A DNA stretch of 63,426 nt, counting the filler, from Octopus bimaculoides (lineage: Eukaryota), in the NCBI RefSeq assembly GCF_001194135.2. It is 7 parts of 6 records of this genome, joined end to end, with 100 filler letters (N's around TTAATTAATTAA, not from the genome) between each part and the next. Parts side by side here need not be neighbours in the genome. Positions count along the whole stretch, not along the records: positions 12,997 to 19,784 come from NW_026410014.1; positions 19,885 to 38,532 come from NC_068990.1; 5 more parts are not named here. The stretch is one strand, 5' to 3'. The notes under the pieces were generated by a model that worked only from the letters and a program-made list of their open reading frames with translations, did no database searches and was not told where the DNA came from. The translations under genes were made by a program, and so were the position numbers. Shown piece by piece: positions 14,501 through 26,707 of the stretch (position 1 is its first letter; every line of letters starts with the position of its first letter).

Positions 14501-14991
14501 ACGGTAAAAAGAAAAAAGTGCAGCAAGATTAACATTAGAAATAAATATTAACTTGAAAGTTGGTTCCTTGTTAAAAATTTATTGCTTAACCCTTTAACTG
14601 CGAAATTAAATTTCATGGTTATTCCGGTAATGAAATCAAATATTTACCAAGAAAAAGAAAAAAATAAGAAAAGAATAGAAATGGTGTTTTCTGCAATTCA
14701 CGTTCTCCAATAAACTTGACATATCTCAACAAAAAAATACTTTGAATGAAACATGACTTTCCTTAACAAAAGATTGTTCGGTATATAACACTGCTTTACC
14801 GTAGTTAAGTTAATGTAATATTGAGTGAATATATCTGATTTCTGCACTAAAGGTTAACCTTTACGACTAAAGGGTTTAACAGTTAGGCGTAAATACTTTC
14901 GGGTTAATAACTCTTCATCAGTCGAGTTTCATTTTTGTTTTAAATTACTAAATTGTCTTTCATGTAAGTGGGATTGTATGGCTACATGTAT

Positions 14992-15838
14992 CCAATTCTG
15001 CTTTGCCGTTCGCAGCTAAAAATAAACGTCCACGCGTCCAATTCTGCTTTGCCGTTCACAACTAAATATATACGTCCACGTGTCCAATTCTGCTTTGCCG
15101 TTCGCGACTAAATATATACGTCCACGTGTCCAATTCTGCTTTGCCGTTCGCAACTAAATATATACGTCCNNNNNNNNNNNNNNNNNNNNNNNNNNNNNNN
15201 NNNNNNNNNNNNNNNNNNNNNNNNNNNNNNNNNNNNNNNNNNNNNNNNNNNNNNNNNNNNNNNNNNNNNNNNNNNNNNNNNNNNNNNNNNNNNNNNNNNN
15301 NNNNNNNNNNNNNNNNNNNNNNNNNNNNNNNNNNNNNNNNNNNNNNNNNNNNNNNNNNNNNNNNNNNNNNNNNNNNNNNNNNNNNNNNNNNNNNNNNNNN
15401 NNNNNNNNNNNNNNNNNNNNNNNNNNNNNNNNNNNNNNNNNNNNNNNNNNNNNNNNNNNNNNNNNNNNNNNNNNNNNNNNNNNNNNNNNNNNNNNNNNNN
15501 NNNNNNNNTGCCGTTCGCAACTAAATATATGCGTCCACGTGTCCAATTCTGCTTTACCGTTCGCAACTAAATATATACGTCCACGTGTCTAATTCTGCTT
15601 TGCCGTTCGCAACTAAATATATGCGTCCACGTGTCCAATTCTGCTTTACCGTTCGCAACTAAATATATACGTCCACGCGTCCAATTCTGTTTTACCGTTC
15701 ACGACTAAATATATACGTCCACGTGTCCAATTCTGCTTTGCCGTTCGCAACTAAATATATACGCCCACGTGTTCAATTCTGCTTTGCCGTTCGCAACTAA
15801 ATATATACGTTCACGCGTCCAATTCTGCTTTGCCGTTC
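14992..15838. repeat. 46-bp minisatellite (CCAATTCTGCTTTGCCGTTCGCAACTAAATATATACGTCCACGTGT), gap inside
   Basis: About 4 units before and about 7 after the N gap at 15170-15508. Confidence 0.95.
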
Positions 15839-16651
15839 ATAGTTTTTTAAATTTAATTCTGCAGAGCACCACCAACAGACGAACATTATGAAAGCAAGAT
15901 CAGAAAACTGTGCAAGGGCAGTCTGAAAAACTAGGAAGTTGATATATAGGCACTCTATCTTCTCTACCAAAATCCTTCAGCCAAGGAGAACTCTGCTGCT
16001 AATTTTATCGACCCCAGAAGAATTAAATGCAAGCTAGACAAAGTAGTATTAGAACTCAGAACATAGAGGAAAATAATTAAATATTTTGAGGCATTTAGTT
16101 CGTTAGACTGTTGATTCCTTCTGCCAACCTACCACTTACTACTTGGAATTAATTCCTGAGCCTGCTAGTAAAAGACAATAAAGATGCCAGGTTAAAACGA
16201 TCTCAAATTTCTTGTAAACGATCTTCCACATTGCTTAGATGCGAATCTAGGACTACACCAAAATCAATAACAATTAATTTTTTTCTTTTCTCTCTCTCTC
16301 TCTCTCGTTCAGTGTCGTTTTTCGTTTAAGTGTTCCACATATTTTAGCTCGACAGCATTCTTCAACTCTTTTTTTGTGCTTTTCATATTTTTACCTGCGG
16401 CGGAAATGCAAAAATGTGAGCTCTCAAATGTCCAAGAAGTTTCTTTTCTTCGGGTTGTTGTCGTTGTTGTTGTAACTACTGACGCTGACGATATTATTGT
16501 CAATTTTTCTTCTTCGTTTTTACCTTTTCCTTTTTATTATTATTTTTTATTAATATCTTGATAATTATTATTTTATTTAAATATGTCCCATTTAAATAGC
16601 CCAAGCATTACATTAGAAGACAAAAAGTAGAAGAAAAAGAAGTACGAATGC

Positions 16652-16693
<42 letters not shown>

Positions 16694-17377
16694 CAGAAGA
16701 AGAAGAAGATATAAATTTCGGATCAACGGATACGGTGAATGTTAAAAATGAGAAATAAAACCAGATGAAATGTAATAAAATATTTACATAGAGCAATGAA
16801 GATATTAAACAGAAAAATTAGATCAATTTAAGCAACGTTGCAGAACAAAAATTAAAGATTTTCTACTGTCATATTTGACTCCTTTTATTTGGTTGATTCC
16901 ATGGGATGGTGTGAAGGTGGAATGTAGGTGCTACTGAATAAAGATGAAATTAGGTCTTGCACCACTTCTTCCATTGTTACCGACCATTATTATAGTTAGT
17001 AGAATGTTTTATAGACTACATTGTCACATTGCATTTTTACATAGCAACGATATATAGCACCATAAAAGCTAAAAGGTTGTTTGTGTGCTATATATTTATT
17101 AGCGTCAATGAGACGCGGAGACAACATCTCTGTTTTAGCTTTATGCTTATTATTATCAGTGAGACGGAGACAAGATATTTGCAATTTTTTTATGTTTATT
17201 ATCGTCTGCTAGAGATGAGGAGCGGAAAAGTTTCACGGTAAAACGATTCTGCGAACCGATTTCGATACCAGCATAAAGTCACTTCCTTAGTCTTCAGATG
17301 CTTCAAGAAGAACCAAACTTGAATGCTACACAAACACCTTTTCTCCCTCTATTAAGAAAGAATGTGTATATCTTAGA

Positions 17378-17541
17378 CGCAGGAATGGCAATGTGGTTAA
17401 GAAACTCGCTTTGCAGCTACAGGTCTCGAGTTCAGTCAGAATGCGCGGCACATAGGGCAAATGTCTTGTACTAAAGTCCATGATCAGCCAATTCCATGTC
17501 AGTCAATATGGTAGACCGAAACTGTGTGGAATCCCGTCGTT

Positions 17542-17594
<53 letters not shown>
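17378..17594 (+). mobile_element. CORE-like SINE 5' half running into (TA)n
   Basis: tRNA head, GGGCAAATGTCTT CORE-like motif, then AATCCCGTCGT(TA)n. Confidence 0.75.
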
Positions 17595-18263
17595 NNNNNN
17601 NNNNNNNNNNNNNNNNNNNNNNNNNNNNNNNNNNNNNNNNNNNNNNNNNNNNNNNNNNNNNNNNNNNNNNNNNNNNNNNNNNNNNNNNNNNNNNNNNNNN
17701 NNNNNNNNNNNNNNNNNNNNNNNNNNNNNNNNNNNNNNNNNNNNNNNNNNNNNNNNNNNNNNNNNNNNNNNNNNNNNNNNNNNNNNNNNNNNNNNNNNNN
17801 NNNNNNNNNNNNNNNNNNNNNNNNNNNNNNNNNNNNNNNNNNNNNNNNNNNNNNNNNNNNNNNNNNNNNNNNNNNNNNNNNNNNNNNNNNNNNNNNNNNN
17901 NNNNNNNNNNNNNNNNNNNNNNNNNNNNNNNNNNNNNNNNNNNNNNNNNNNNNNNNNNNNNNNNNNNNNNNNNNNNNNNNNNNNNNNNNNNNNNNNNNNN
18001 NNNNNNNNNNNNNNNNNNNNNNNNNNNNNNNNNNNNNNNNNNNNNNNNNNNNNNNNNNNNNNNNNNNNNNNNNNNNNNNNNNNNNNNNNNNNNNNNNNNN
18101 NNNNNNNNNNNNNNNNNNNNNNNNNNNNNNNNNNNNNNNNNNNNNNNNNNNNNNNNNNNNNNNNNNNNNNNNNNNNNNNNNNNNNNNNNNNNNNNNNNNN
18201 NNNNNNNNNNNNNNNNNNNNNNNNNNNNNNNNNNNNNNNNNNNNNNNNNNNNNNNNNNNNNNN

Positions 18264-18540
18264 TATAAATAATATATAAATATAAGCATATATACAGACA
18301 TATATACATACCTACATATATATGTATATATGCATGCATATATGGGTACAGGACATCAAAAAACGTAGACAGAATGAGAAACGAGAACATAAAAAGCAAA
18401 AACATAGAAAACGAACTTTTTTCGAACGGTGAAAGTGATAAAAACAGAAGAGTAAAAACAAAACAGTAAAAACAAACGGTGAGGGCTGTTAAGCCAAGAC
18501 GATGTGAAGTGATGAACGCTGGAAAAACGAGCTTTGACAC
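18264..18540 (-). mobile_element. (TA)n-associated interspersed repeat (Penelope-like by inference)
   Basis: Shares GTCCTGTACC-ATATGCATG..TGTAGGTATGT segment with 38633-38822 and 55099-55330. Confidence 0.6.
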
Positions 18541-19323
18541 ACACACACATACACACACATAGTATATTTATGTACACATGCATAATAAGAACATGTGTGT
18601 GCATGTACTAGTGTCTGTTTGTGTCAGTGTGTGTATACACTGCGATTAGCCACATCTCATCTCAAAGGTCTTTCTCTTCCTTTCTGAACGAATTTAGATT
18701 GTTTAAAAATTAAAAAGAAATGCTTTTCCTGTTTTTGTTTCAATTTATTTCTGAACATGTTTCTAGTTTTCTTCTTCCCGAAGTCACCCACCCAACTCAT
18801 AAACAAATCGGCCATCATGATTCGATATTGTTATTGTTATTATGATTAGCACGGTTATTACGTGCAATGCTTGTTATAGTCGCCATTATTATTATAATTA
18901 TTGCAATTAAGGCGTTTCGTTTATATTGTTTTCCACGTTCCTCCCCATCTCCGTTCTTCTTTCTTATACAATCTGCTGTCCATCTTCATTGCATATTGTT
19001 CAACCTTAATTTACAATTTCATTTCACTTCTGGAATAACGTTGCATAAATTCAGTCTTTTTATAAATAGCAAAAGAGAAAGATGGTTTTGTAATAATGAA
19101 TGATTAATTAAATGTGTCTGGATAAAACAAAAATGGAGTTGTAGGTTCGAATCCGCTGAACGTTTGTTGAAATCAATATAATCTAATTTAACTGAGTTCA
19201 CTTTTTGCTTATATACACATATACATAAGCATATATATAAAGGATCGGCTAAAAGTCACCCGATAGTAAATCAAAATTCTATAAATACCATCTGTATTGA
19301 CTCGAATGGAAAAAAATGACCTG

Positions 19324-19779
19324 GTGTGGGGGGCTATATCTTGGAAATCCTCCGGTTTAATGGTTTCCCTTCATGGTAGAATTAATAGTCAAGACTATTT
19401 AAGCATTTTATCTGATCAATTTCATCCTATGGTTGCGGAACTGTTTCTGGAGTGAAATGCAATCTTTCAGGGTGATAATGCACCAATTCACACAGCTAAA
19501 GTTGTTACTGAATGGCACGAGGAACATTCTAGTGAAGTTGAACATCTTATCTGGCCACCACAGTCCCCAGGTCTCAATATTATTGAACATTTATGGTACA
19601 TTTTAGAAAAACAAGTAAGGAGTCGATATCCACCACCATCATCACTACAAGAACTGGAGACTGTTTTAGCTGAAGAATGGACAAAAATTCCTTTGGAAAC
19701 AATTCAAACTTTGTACGAGTCGATAGCTCGTAGAATTCAAACTGTAATTACTGCCAAAGGCGGTCCAACTCCATATTAA
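19324..19779 (+). mobile_element. Tc1-like transposase catalytic fragment, D(36)E spacing
   Basis: VWGAISW...FQGDNAPIHTA...WPPQSPGLNIIEHLW...AKGGPTPY*, one in-frame TGA. Confidence 0.9.
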
Positions 19780-19784
19780 AATAA

Positions 19785-19884
19785 NNNNNNNNNNNNNNNN
19801 NNNNNNNNNNNNNNNNNNNNNNNNNNNNTTAATTAATTAANNNNNNNNNNNNNNNNNNNNNNNNNNNNNNNNNNNNNNNNNNNN
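19785..19884. other. Artificial 100-bp assembly spacer
   Basis: 44 N + TTAATTAATTAA + 44 N. Confidence 0.9.
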
Positions 19885-20115
19885 GTGACAAGGCTGGTCC
19901 TTTGAAATACAGGTACAATAGAAACAGGAAGATAGAGTGAGAGAAAGTTTTGGTGAAAGAGTACAGCAGGGTTTGCCACCATCCCCTGCCAGAGCCTCGT
20001 GGAGCTTTAGGTGTTTTCGCTCAATAAACACTCACACCGTCCGGTCTGGGAATCGAAACTGCGATCCTAAGACCGCGAGTCCACTGCCCTAACCACTGGG
20101 CCATTGCGCCTCCAC
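19885..20115 (-). mobile_element. Deu/Nin-like tRNA SINE 5' part
   Basis: A/B-box-like head GGCCCAGTGGTTAGGG...GTTTCGATTCCC; matches 3350-3529. Confidence 0.85.
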
Positions 20116-20264
20116 TGTGTGTGCATTAGATAAACAGCGTTTCATAGAACCACCAGCGAACTGGCATGTAATTATATCTGCACATAGATAGGAAAAATGT
20201 CTTCTCATTGCCAATGATTTGTTTCATAATCTCACCCAAATCAATGATGATTAATTATTCATAG

Positions 20265-20372
20265 AATTGATGATACTGTTAATGAAGAACCACCACACTA
20301 TGGTTACAGCCAGCACACCAGAATGGCTTCAGCTTTATGTGTTAAACAAACTAAAGAAGAGAAATATGATAG
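20265..20372 (+). CDS. Candidate internal exon (108 nt, phase 2-2): IDDTVNEEPPHYGYSQHTRMASALCVKQTKEEKYD
   Basis: ttattcatAG acceptor, open frame, weak AG/gttgct donor; no homology recognised. Confidence 0.25.
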
Positions 20373-20579
20373 GTTGCTTGTTATGATTTTCAAATAAATT
20401 TTCACTGTTAAGACTATGTCAATAAAATCTAAAGGTAAAGAATTGTTCTTCAATATTGTTAATGACTTTATTGTCTGTTGATGGAATTTAAGTAAGATAT
20501 CACTCAAAGAAATCTTACTTGTTGCTTGTTGATGGAATTTAAGGCTATTCTGAAATGTATAACTCAAACTAAAATATAA

Positions 20580-20730
20580 ATACAAGGTGGTGCTTGAAAG
20601 TTTCTGGCTTTAAGAGTACCACGAAAGGCCTAGTCAGAGATACAACCTTCCGAATTCTTTTATAGGGCTTAGAAAAACTGAAGGACCACTGCAATACGTA
20701 TGTGAATCTGAGAGGGGAATAATTAACTGA
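20580..20730 (+). mobile_element. Mariner-like internally deleted relic
   Basis: TIR-like TACAAGGTGGTGCTTGAAAGTTT and GLEKLKDHCNTYVNLRGE, resembling the mariner C-terminus. Confidence 0.45.
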
Positions 20731-20834
20731 TCCTCCCGTATTTTCTTTTACCCAAAACCTGAAACTTTACAGCACCCCTTCTTACCTATTTACACACATC
20801 AGATTGGTGCCTGCTGCAGCCTCCTGGCTTGTCA

Positions 20835-20905
20835 GTCGTCAGTCAAACCATCCAACCCATGCCAGCATGGAGAGTGGACATTAAATGATGATGATGATGA
20901 TGATG
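20835..20905 (+). mobile_element. RTE-like 3' tail ending in (TGA)n
   Basis: CATCCAACCCATGCCAGCATGG..ACATTAAATGATGATG; matches 38242-38300 (minus). Confidence 0.7.
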
Positions 20906-21754
20906 ACACATGCACAGATAGATATAGACAGAAGCATGTTTGTGTAGTAAAGCAGGTTGCTTTACAACAAAATGGTTGTCAGTTCAATTCCACAGTTCTT
21001 TGGGAAATTGTCTTCTGTTATAGACTTCTATTATAGACTTCTGCTATTATAACCATGTCAAAGCAGACACTGGAGCTTTTCCTCAGGCTTTTCAGATCCT
21101 GTCAAATTGTTTTACCCATGCCAGGGTGGAATACAAAGATTAAATGATGATGATGATGATGTATGTACAGAGAGAGAGAGAGATAGATAGCTTGCAAAAC
21201 AGATATACACATATCAATATACATGTGTGTGTATGTATATGTGTCTATGCATGCATGTCTATATGGAGATAATTCATAAATTATCTCCATATAGTTAAAA
21301 CAGTCTGAATTAGGTATTTGGTCCCAATATTTGACTTAGTATACTTTATGTTGTACGACAAGCTTTATTTTGTATAAGTTACCAGCAATGCTGGATTAAA
21401 CTAAAAACTATTGTCTAACTTAGAATAATAAAATCTATTGTTTGCAATACATATAGTTGAAAAATAAGGTGTGGTGCAAAATGTCATTACTTAGTGAGAA
21501 GTGCAATAAAATCAAACCAGAAATTTTGTTTTTTTAAAGTCCATAATACGAAGAAATAGAGTGGAAATAAAATTTATTCAAACCTGAAACAATCTATGAG
21601 ATTTTTTTTTATTGCTGTTTTACAAGATTTGTGATATAAAATCATATTTTGAAACAAATGTTGTTGTATCTTCTAAATTTGCTAATAAAAGTGCACACAC
21701 TCACATAGGATTTATCTAATATTTCATTTCTTTTTACTATTGTTAGTCAAGTCA

Positions 21755-22022
21755 CTAGCCCAGGCAAGGTTTGTTTATGGAAGACCAGCAGTCATCCATT
21801 CATAGCAGCCTCCCCTCTCCATGTCACCGATGTTATCCAGTAGAAGAGCAAAGGCTGATACAGCTTGGCACCAGTGACGTTGCAACTCATTTCTACAGCT
21901 GAGTGAACTGTAGCAACGTAAAATAAAGTGTCTTTCTCAAGAACACAACACACAGCCTGGACTGAGAACTGAACTCACTACCCCATGGTTGTAAGCCCGA
22001 TGCTCTAACCACTGAGCCACTT
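21755..22022 (-). mobile_element. tRNA SINE with CORE-like segment and a distinct 3' body
   Basis: Head GTGGCTCAGTGGTTAGAGCATCGG..., then GTGTTCTTGAGAAAGACACTTTATT. Confidence 0.65.
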
Positions 22023-22502
22023 GGTCAAGTAGTTATCTAATTAACCTATTAACTAATCTATCACTTGACCAATCATCCAATTGATTACTCAATCAATTGG
22101 TTTGATTAACTCCTTTTGGTCCTGTTTACAGCCTCATCAATGATGTGCCCTCAGTTCATCCATCTATCCATTTTCTCCATCCTCTGGTCCTAAGATCGAT
22201 TTTGTGAAGATTGATTTCTCATGCACCTCCTCCATTTGGTCCCATCAGAAGCAACCATCAGGCTTTCCAGCAGGAATCCCACGCATGAGACTATGGATAT
22301 TATCCAACCATTTTGTTCCTTATACATCCCTAAGTCTCTTGCTGGTTGGCTTAGCTTGAAGAATCTTGTGACATTCTAATCACATGTCTGTAATGCTGGA
22401 GCTGTGATCTCTCAGTGTGGAGAATTAGTGGCATGGCCTGGAGAGACCCCCTGATCTCCAAGTTGCAATTATTGATTTACTGGATATACTGGAGCTATGT
22501 GA

Positions 22503-22826
22503 AGGCACATGGCTTAGTGATTAGGGTATTTGGTTCACATTTGTAAGGTCATGAGTTCAATTCCAGGCAATGCATTGTGTCCTTGATCAAAACACTTTAT
22601 TTTATGTTGCTTCAGTCTGCTCAGCTGGCAAAAATGAGTAGTACCTGTATTTCAAAGGGCCAACCTTGTCACACTTTGTGCCATACTGAATCGCCCTGAG
22701 AATTACGTGAAGGGTGTGCATGTCTGTGGAGTGCTGAGACACATATACAATAATTTCACAAATTAGCTGTTCCATTGACTGGACCAAATGGAACCCTCAT
22801 CGTTGTAACCAACAGAGTGCTACACA
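22503..22826 (+). mobile_element. tRNA-CORE-Deu/Nin composite SINE (decayed)
   Basis: Head, then TGTGTCCTTGATCAAAACACTTT, then CCTTGTCACAC...GGAACCCTC. Confidence 0.7.
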
Positions 22827-23064
22827 TACATACAAAATTGGATGTATAACGTATGCATGCATCAGTCTGCTTGAGTTTGCCTGTTGCTTATTCCTAGCAC
22901 TTTTGATGTCTTGGTCTAACACATTTCAACAGTTCCATGCCTTTGTTTTTATCCTCCTCTGTCAAAGGATTTCTCAATCCATCGTCCCATATGTCCTTGT
23001 TCTCATACACATACACACAAAGGTATTGTCATAATTATTGACCCTGTTATTTTATCTTCTATCT

Positions 23065-23290
23065 GTTACTTGTTTCAGTCATTGGACAGCAAGGATACTC
23101 CCTTCAAGGGTTTAGTCAGACAAATGGACCCCAGAACTTATTTCATTTTTTTTCAGTCGGACTCATTCTATTGGTCTCTTTTGCTGAACCACTATGTAGC
23201 AGAGGTATAAGCAAACCAATATCAGTTGTGAAACAGTGGTGGGGAACAAAACAAAGCAAGCAGACATAGACACACACACACACATACAGC
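23065..23290 (-). mobile_element. CORE-like SINE 3' tail
   Basis: TTGTTTCAGTCATTGG...GCTGAACCACTA on plus strand. Confidence 0.65.
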
Positions 23291-23485
23291 AGGACTTAAT
23301 TGTATTCCACCTGATGAAGCACCCACAGTTGTGGCTGAAAAACATTCAACTATAGAGTAATTATAAAGAATAATTTTGTAATATGGCATATGAACATAAA
23401 CTTAGCAACCTAAAGCTGATGTGGGTGCAGAAACAAATGTGTATATGTTTGTGTGTGTGTGTGTATTATATATATNNNNNNNNNN

Positions 23486-23529
<44 letters not shown>

Positions 23530-24272
23530 TATATGAAGTTTCAAATGGAAAGAGTTTGGTCTTTCACAAAGATGTATTTTATCCAGGTATACACCGGTTT
23601 AGCTCCATATTGATTAATATACTTTGGATTTCATTAATTTGTGTTAGTATTAATGTTAACACTTATGATGTTCCTGTTGTCGTTGTTTGATGTTTTCATC
23701 CATTTGATATAGGAGAACAGAATTTCAATAACATAATATAAGGAAAATGGAGAGTTTGAACACAGAAAACATCAATTTATTTATATGATAGTCAGTCTCA
23801 TATCGCCTGCGTACGTTTCAATTTCTTACCGTCATTCATATTTTACAATTAAGATTGCTTTATATATTTAAAAGGCAAAAATCTCTGTAAACAACTCTCC
23901 ATTTTCCTTATATTATACACACACCCACATATATACATACATACATACACACACACACCTAAATATATATATATATATGTGTGTGTGTATGTATGTATGT
24001 ATTTGCCATACAGTGAGATTGAACCCAAGACCACATGTTTGTGAAGCAAGCTTCTTACTCACAAATCCATTTTCCATGTTGGTATCCATTGGATGAGGTA
24101 TCACATTTCAAATCAATTCTCCCTTTTTGGAGTTACTGGTCTTCTGAGATACAATAAAATTTGTTTCAATGCACAAGACCACACCAAGAATCTTTGCAAG
24201 CCAAACACAAAACCAGTATATATTTGTGTGTATGAGTGTGAGCACGTGTATGTGTTTGTCTATATATACATG

Positions 24273-24306
<34 letters not shown>

Positions 24307-25310
24307 AGCAAATAAATAATAGCAAAATACCACATGCATATTTTGGTCAAATTTTTTCATGTAAATGTAAATATATTTCTGGATTACTACATTATCCTGT
24401 AAAATATTCTGGTTTTATTTTATATTTTACAGATATCTGTATATTAGAATATATTGAATATGTCAGCAAAATTGTTTCTGCTTATAATTTACTTTGTTGG
24501 TTCTAAACTGTTTCCAATTAATCACAGACAACCCATACTATTGCTTCTTTATTGTCTGCTATTTTTATTCTATTTATTCGTCTTCCACTGTTTTCTTGTT
24601 TTCTGACAGACTAATTTGTCCTTACCATTTATGAATAACTTAACTAAAGCATAAAACTATTTTTATGCTTCATTTTCTTTTTTACTCTTTTGTTACTATG
24701 GGCACAGACACCACGGCTGTATGATTTAGAATAATGTTTCCCAAAAGTGCCCATGCTGCACCCTAGGTGTTGGTGGTGGTGGTGACGATGGTGGTGATTT
24801 GTTCCAACGTATATGAAGGCAGTGAGCATTACATTCATTTTAAATTTGCTAACAGTCACCGCCTGATATATAAGGGTATGAAAGTTGAAGAATATAGTAA
24901 GTATCTGAGTGTTTATGGCATTTAGCAACAAAGATAGGGAAACATAACAGTTAAGGAGATCTAAAGATGCAAAACCTTCAGCAAATATCTTCTGTCATCA
25001 TCTCAAGCCAAACTTAAGCTTCATGAGTTAAAATTGATAGATACAGAAAAATCTATGACAAAGCTAGTTCTCAAGTCAGACATGTAATTTGTTGTCTTAT
25101 TTAACAACCCAACAAGGCTCTTGGGTGTTTTTAGAAAAGTCAAATCTGATGCAAGCTTTCTGAATAGGCCTCTGATAAATCTTTATGTTGCTGCTTTTAC
25201 TTCTCTGACTAAGCTATAAAATCCCTTTATCATTATTCTCTTTATATTTATGTTGAAGCCAGAAAATATTTCAGTTTTGAACAGATTTGCACAATTAAAC
25301 CCACACTAAG

Positions 25311-25522
25311 GCAGCAAGCTGGCAGAATTGCAAAAATACCAGGCAAAATGCTAAACAGCATTTCATCTGTCTTTATGTCCTGAGTTCACATTCTACTGAG
25401 GTCAACTTTACCCTTCCTTGTTTTTGGGGTTGATAAAATAAGTACCAGTTGAGTACTGGGGTCAATGTAACTGACTTATCTCTTCCCCTAAAGTTTCTGG
25501 CCTTGTGCCAGAATTTGAAACA
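25311..25522 (+). mobile_element. Meta-like SINE with CpG decay
   Basis: Full alignment to 14096 copy, with consensus CpGs read as TpG/CpA. Confidence 0.8.
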
Positions 25523-25831
25523 AGTATACTTTCCATACTAACAGAACATGGCACTTTTGTACCCTGTAGACTGATGGACATCATTTTCAAAAAAGACTGC
25601 TTACTAGGCAAAACACAAATCCCCAACTGTTGTATCTTGCTGAAAGGAGTGACAGGTGCCTAGTAATGAGAAATGAGTCAAATTAGAGTATGGAAAACTT
25701 TATAAGCAATACAGCAATATACAAAGGTGAGTGGAAGACCTCTGCTTGCTAGAACATATTCTTGTGCTTTTTATAATAATGTATGCTTTGAATTATCTAT
25801 TGCTTAGATTTGTGCAATTTTTGTCTTTCAG

Positions 25832-25841
25832 TGTAGTAGTG
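25832..25841 (+). CDS. Candidate 10-nt microexon (TGTAGTAGTG)
   Basis: tttttgtctttcAG acceptor and GTAAGG donor. Confidence 0.2.
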
Positions 25842-25968
25842 GTAAGGAATATTCAATCCATAATATTGATGGTTCAAATTCATATGATAAGACCACTATC
25901 AGGAAAGAATGTTCATTCAAAAACAAGCAGCAATATTAGTGGCTCTTTTTCTTTTTCCTTATTCTCAG

Positions 25969-26007
25969 GACACTGACCTTCCTGACACCACTAAACTACA
26001 ACCATAG
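25969..26007 (+). CDS. Candidate terminal exon: DTDLPDTTKLQP*
   Basis: ctttttctttttccttattctcAG acceptor; in frame after the microexon. Confidence 0.2.
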   Translation, partial: DTDLPDTTKLQP

Positions 26008-26471
26008 GTCCACTGCCATGATGTGTTTCTTCTGATATTTTTTCAATACTACTATGCAGTTTTTTTTTTTATATTTGAATATGTTGGTGGACATCATTTT
26101 ATTCTATAACAGACTACAGAACAACCACATTGATTTTAGCTGACAATGCATTTGTATATTAAGCTTTAATACAATGAACAGTGGTCATAGATAATTGGCT
26201 TTTTATAAAGTCTCACTATGGACAGAAAAAAAGGGATTAGATGAACTGCTTTCAATTTTTGTTAAGGCTTCTTTGTCTATGATAACATTGTTCAGGTTTT
26301 TATTATTATTATTATTCAGGTTTTTATTAAATCTAATACACTTATTTGTGTAAATTCCATGTCTTTGGCATTTAGTTTGATCAATAGATTATTAATGTAT
26401 GTCCAGAGTTTGTTTTTCATGCTATAATATACTACAGAACAAACCTATAGATGTCAGCCAACATTGACATG

Positions 26472-26506
<35 letters not shown>

Positions 26507-26665
26507 TTAGGGAAAATAACCAATTTTCAAGAACTCATCGATGAAAATCCACTATCACATATAGAAAAATTAAAAGCACAATAAATGAGTATAATATAAA
26601 GTAAATATAAATTGATTTTAATTGAGTTTTTTACCTGTAATTTTGGATTTTGTCCCTAATATTAT

Positions 26666-26707
<42 letters not shown>

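Noticed and set aside
14992-15838. CRISPR array
   Set aside because: Head-to-tail units with no unique spacers, no cas genes, eukaryotic context.
17235-17300. Minus-strand CTGAAGA...GAAATCGGTT hammerhead-like words
   Set aside because: Neither stem I nor stem II pairs.
17471-18558. Long ORFs of 250-350 aa (also 44266-45216, 54318-55277)
   Set aside because: Composed of X from N gaps.
20040-20115. tRNA gene (also other A/B-box heads)
   Set aside because: Each continues into a SINE body; no complete cloverleaf seen.
24433-24606. Strong acceptor followed by a hydrophobic ORF (MSAKLFLLIIYF...)
   Set aside because: No convincing donor; hydrophobicity expected from T-rich sequence.
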